DNA of 64,000 nt, filler included, from Rhabdomonas costata (lineage: Eukaryota): the NCBI GenBank assembly GCA_019059605.1. It is 47 parts of 47 records of this genome, joined end to end, with 100 filler letters (N's around TTAATTAATTAA, not from the genome) between each part and the next. Parts side by side here need not be neighbours in the genome. Positions count along the whole stretch, not along the records: positions 62,755 to 64,000 come from JAHMHO010021557.1; 46 more parts are not named here. The stretch is one strand, 5' to 3'. Shown piece after piece: positions 63,234 to 64,000 of this stretch. Within the stretch, counting starts at the first letter, position 1, and the number at the start of each line of letters is the position of its first letter. The position numbers and the translations under genes are program-made. The notes beneath the pieces are model-generated. The model saw only the letters and a list, made by a program, of their open reading frames with translations, was not told the DNA's origin and did not search any database.

Positions 63234-63918
63234 CTGTAGGAATAGGCACAGAGAAAGCGATCTCCATGGCAGACAGGGAGGCTTCCCTACTGGTCGAGGT
63301 GGGGTGAACATTACAAATCTGGTAAAGCGGCTCGTACACCGCCACCACGGAGACCTTTCCAGGGACGGTGATGAAGCCCACGTTGCGGAACGCGAACGCG
63401 CCCTGGGCGCCGGTGCGTGTGGACTCCGCGACAAGCACCACCGTGCCGAAGGGCTGTCCCACCAACGCAAGGGGTAAAATGGACCCTGGGTGGGATCGGG
63501 GTGGGGATGGCGGGGACGGCAATCCGCAGGCGAGGGTGAATGAGAAGTGTGAGAACAACGCAGCAGTGGAGCAGCAGAGCAAAAACAGGCAATGCAACCA
63601 GATAATGCGTAGGAGGGAATTTTAGGGAAACTTAAGGGGGAGTCCCTCGCCAGACAGCCCCAACCAAACCCGTGCCACTTGCCGTCGGAGAGGCAAACAG
63701 AGGAGACACGTGCTTCTCATAAAAGAAAGGATTGGAAAGCGGGGGCTCACTGTCCCCTGGCGAGAAGCGGGGGAAGAGGTGCAGTCTGTCGTGCCTTGTT
63801 GGCGGCCTCCAGGCGGCTCGCAAGGTTGACCCCATCCCCCAGCACGGTGTAGTTGATGCGGTACTCGCAGCCGAAGTTGCCCACCAGAACGGTGTCTGTG
63901 TTGATCCCAATCCGAAAC
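63234..63918 (-). CDS. Class III adenylate cyclase catalytic domain, exons 63918-63795 and 63453-63234
   Basis: [53 protein letters not shown]...[12 protein letters not shown]...VYEP; catalytic N and R present; GC-AG intron. Confidence 0.93.
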
Positions 63919-64000
63919 CTGAAGGTCAAAAGGAATTAGAAAATAGTAGGCTCCACTGTGAACTGATACCCTTTGCCACCCTTTGCCACACCGTACACAC

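Noticed and set aside
1-64000. rRNA, tRNA, spliced-leader RNA, telomeric repeats, CRISPR arrays, euglenid nonconventional introns, and any gene-neighbourhood inference
   Set aside because: None recognised by eye; all placeable introns were GT/GC-AG; contig order is artificial, so neighbourhood is meaningless

Overview
This window is not a contiguous locus. It holds 47 unrelated short contigs (about 1.26 kb each, apparently size-sorted) joined by an artificial 100-nt spacer (N44-TTAATTAATTAA-N44). Most contigs begin with a G/T-only tail and end with a C/A-only tail, the footprint of GenomePlex/PicoPLEX-type whole-genome amplification, and four contig ends are fold-back inversions. Most of the DNA is an intron-rich, roughly 50% GC genome of a flagellated eukaryote; a euglenid/euglenozoan is my inference, not proven. 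Recognisable spliced gene fragments are PP2A-B55, CSN4, METTL16, GDP-mannose 4,6-dehydratase, a PPR protein, a CEP164-type WW protein, ankyrin and kelch proteins, a Cache-domain sensor, a GT-A glycosyltransferase and a class III adenylate cyclase; Sel1-repeat and axonemal dynein heavy chain fragments show no intron here. Splice donors are unusual: 3 of 17 that I could place are GC, all 17 have exonic G at -1, and none is GTRAG. The most interesting items are (i) an AT-rich intronless giant-virus-like RNase III with a catalytically dead first domain and an intact second domain, (ii) an AT-rich intronless Polinton/PLV-type double-jelly-roll major capsid gene, together hinting at a host / giant virus / Polinton-like virus system, and (iii) an intron-containing eukaryotic copy of the bacterial autoinducer-2 processing enzyme LsrG. 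All family assignments come from motif recognition by eye; no searches were run, and adjacency between contigs has no biological meaning.
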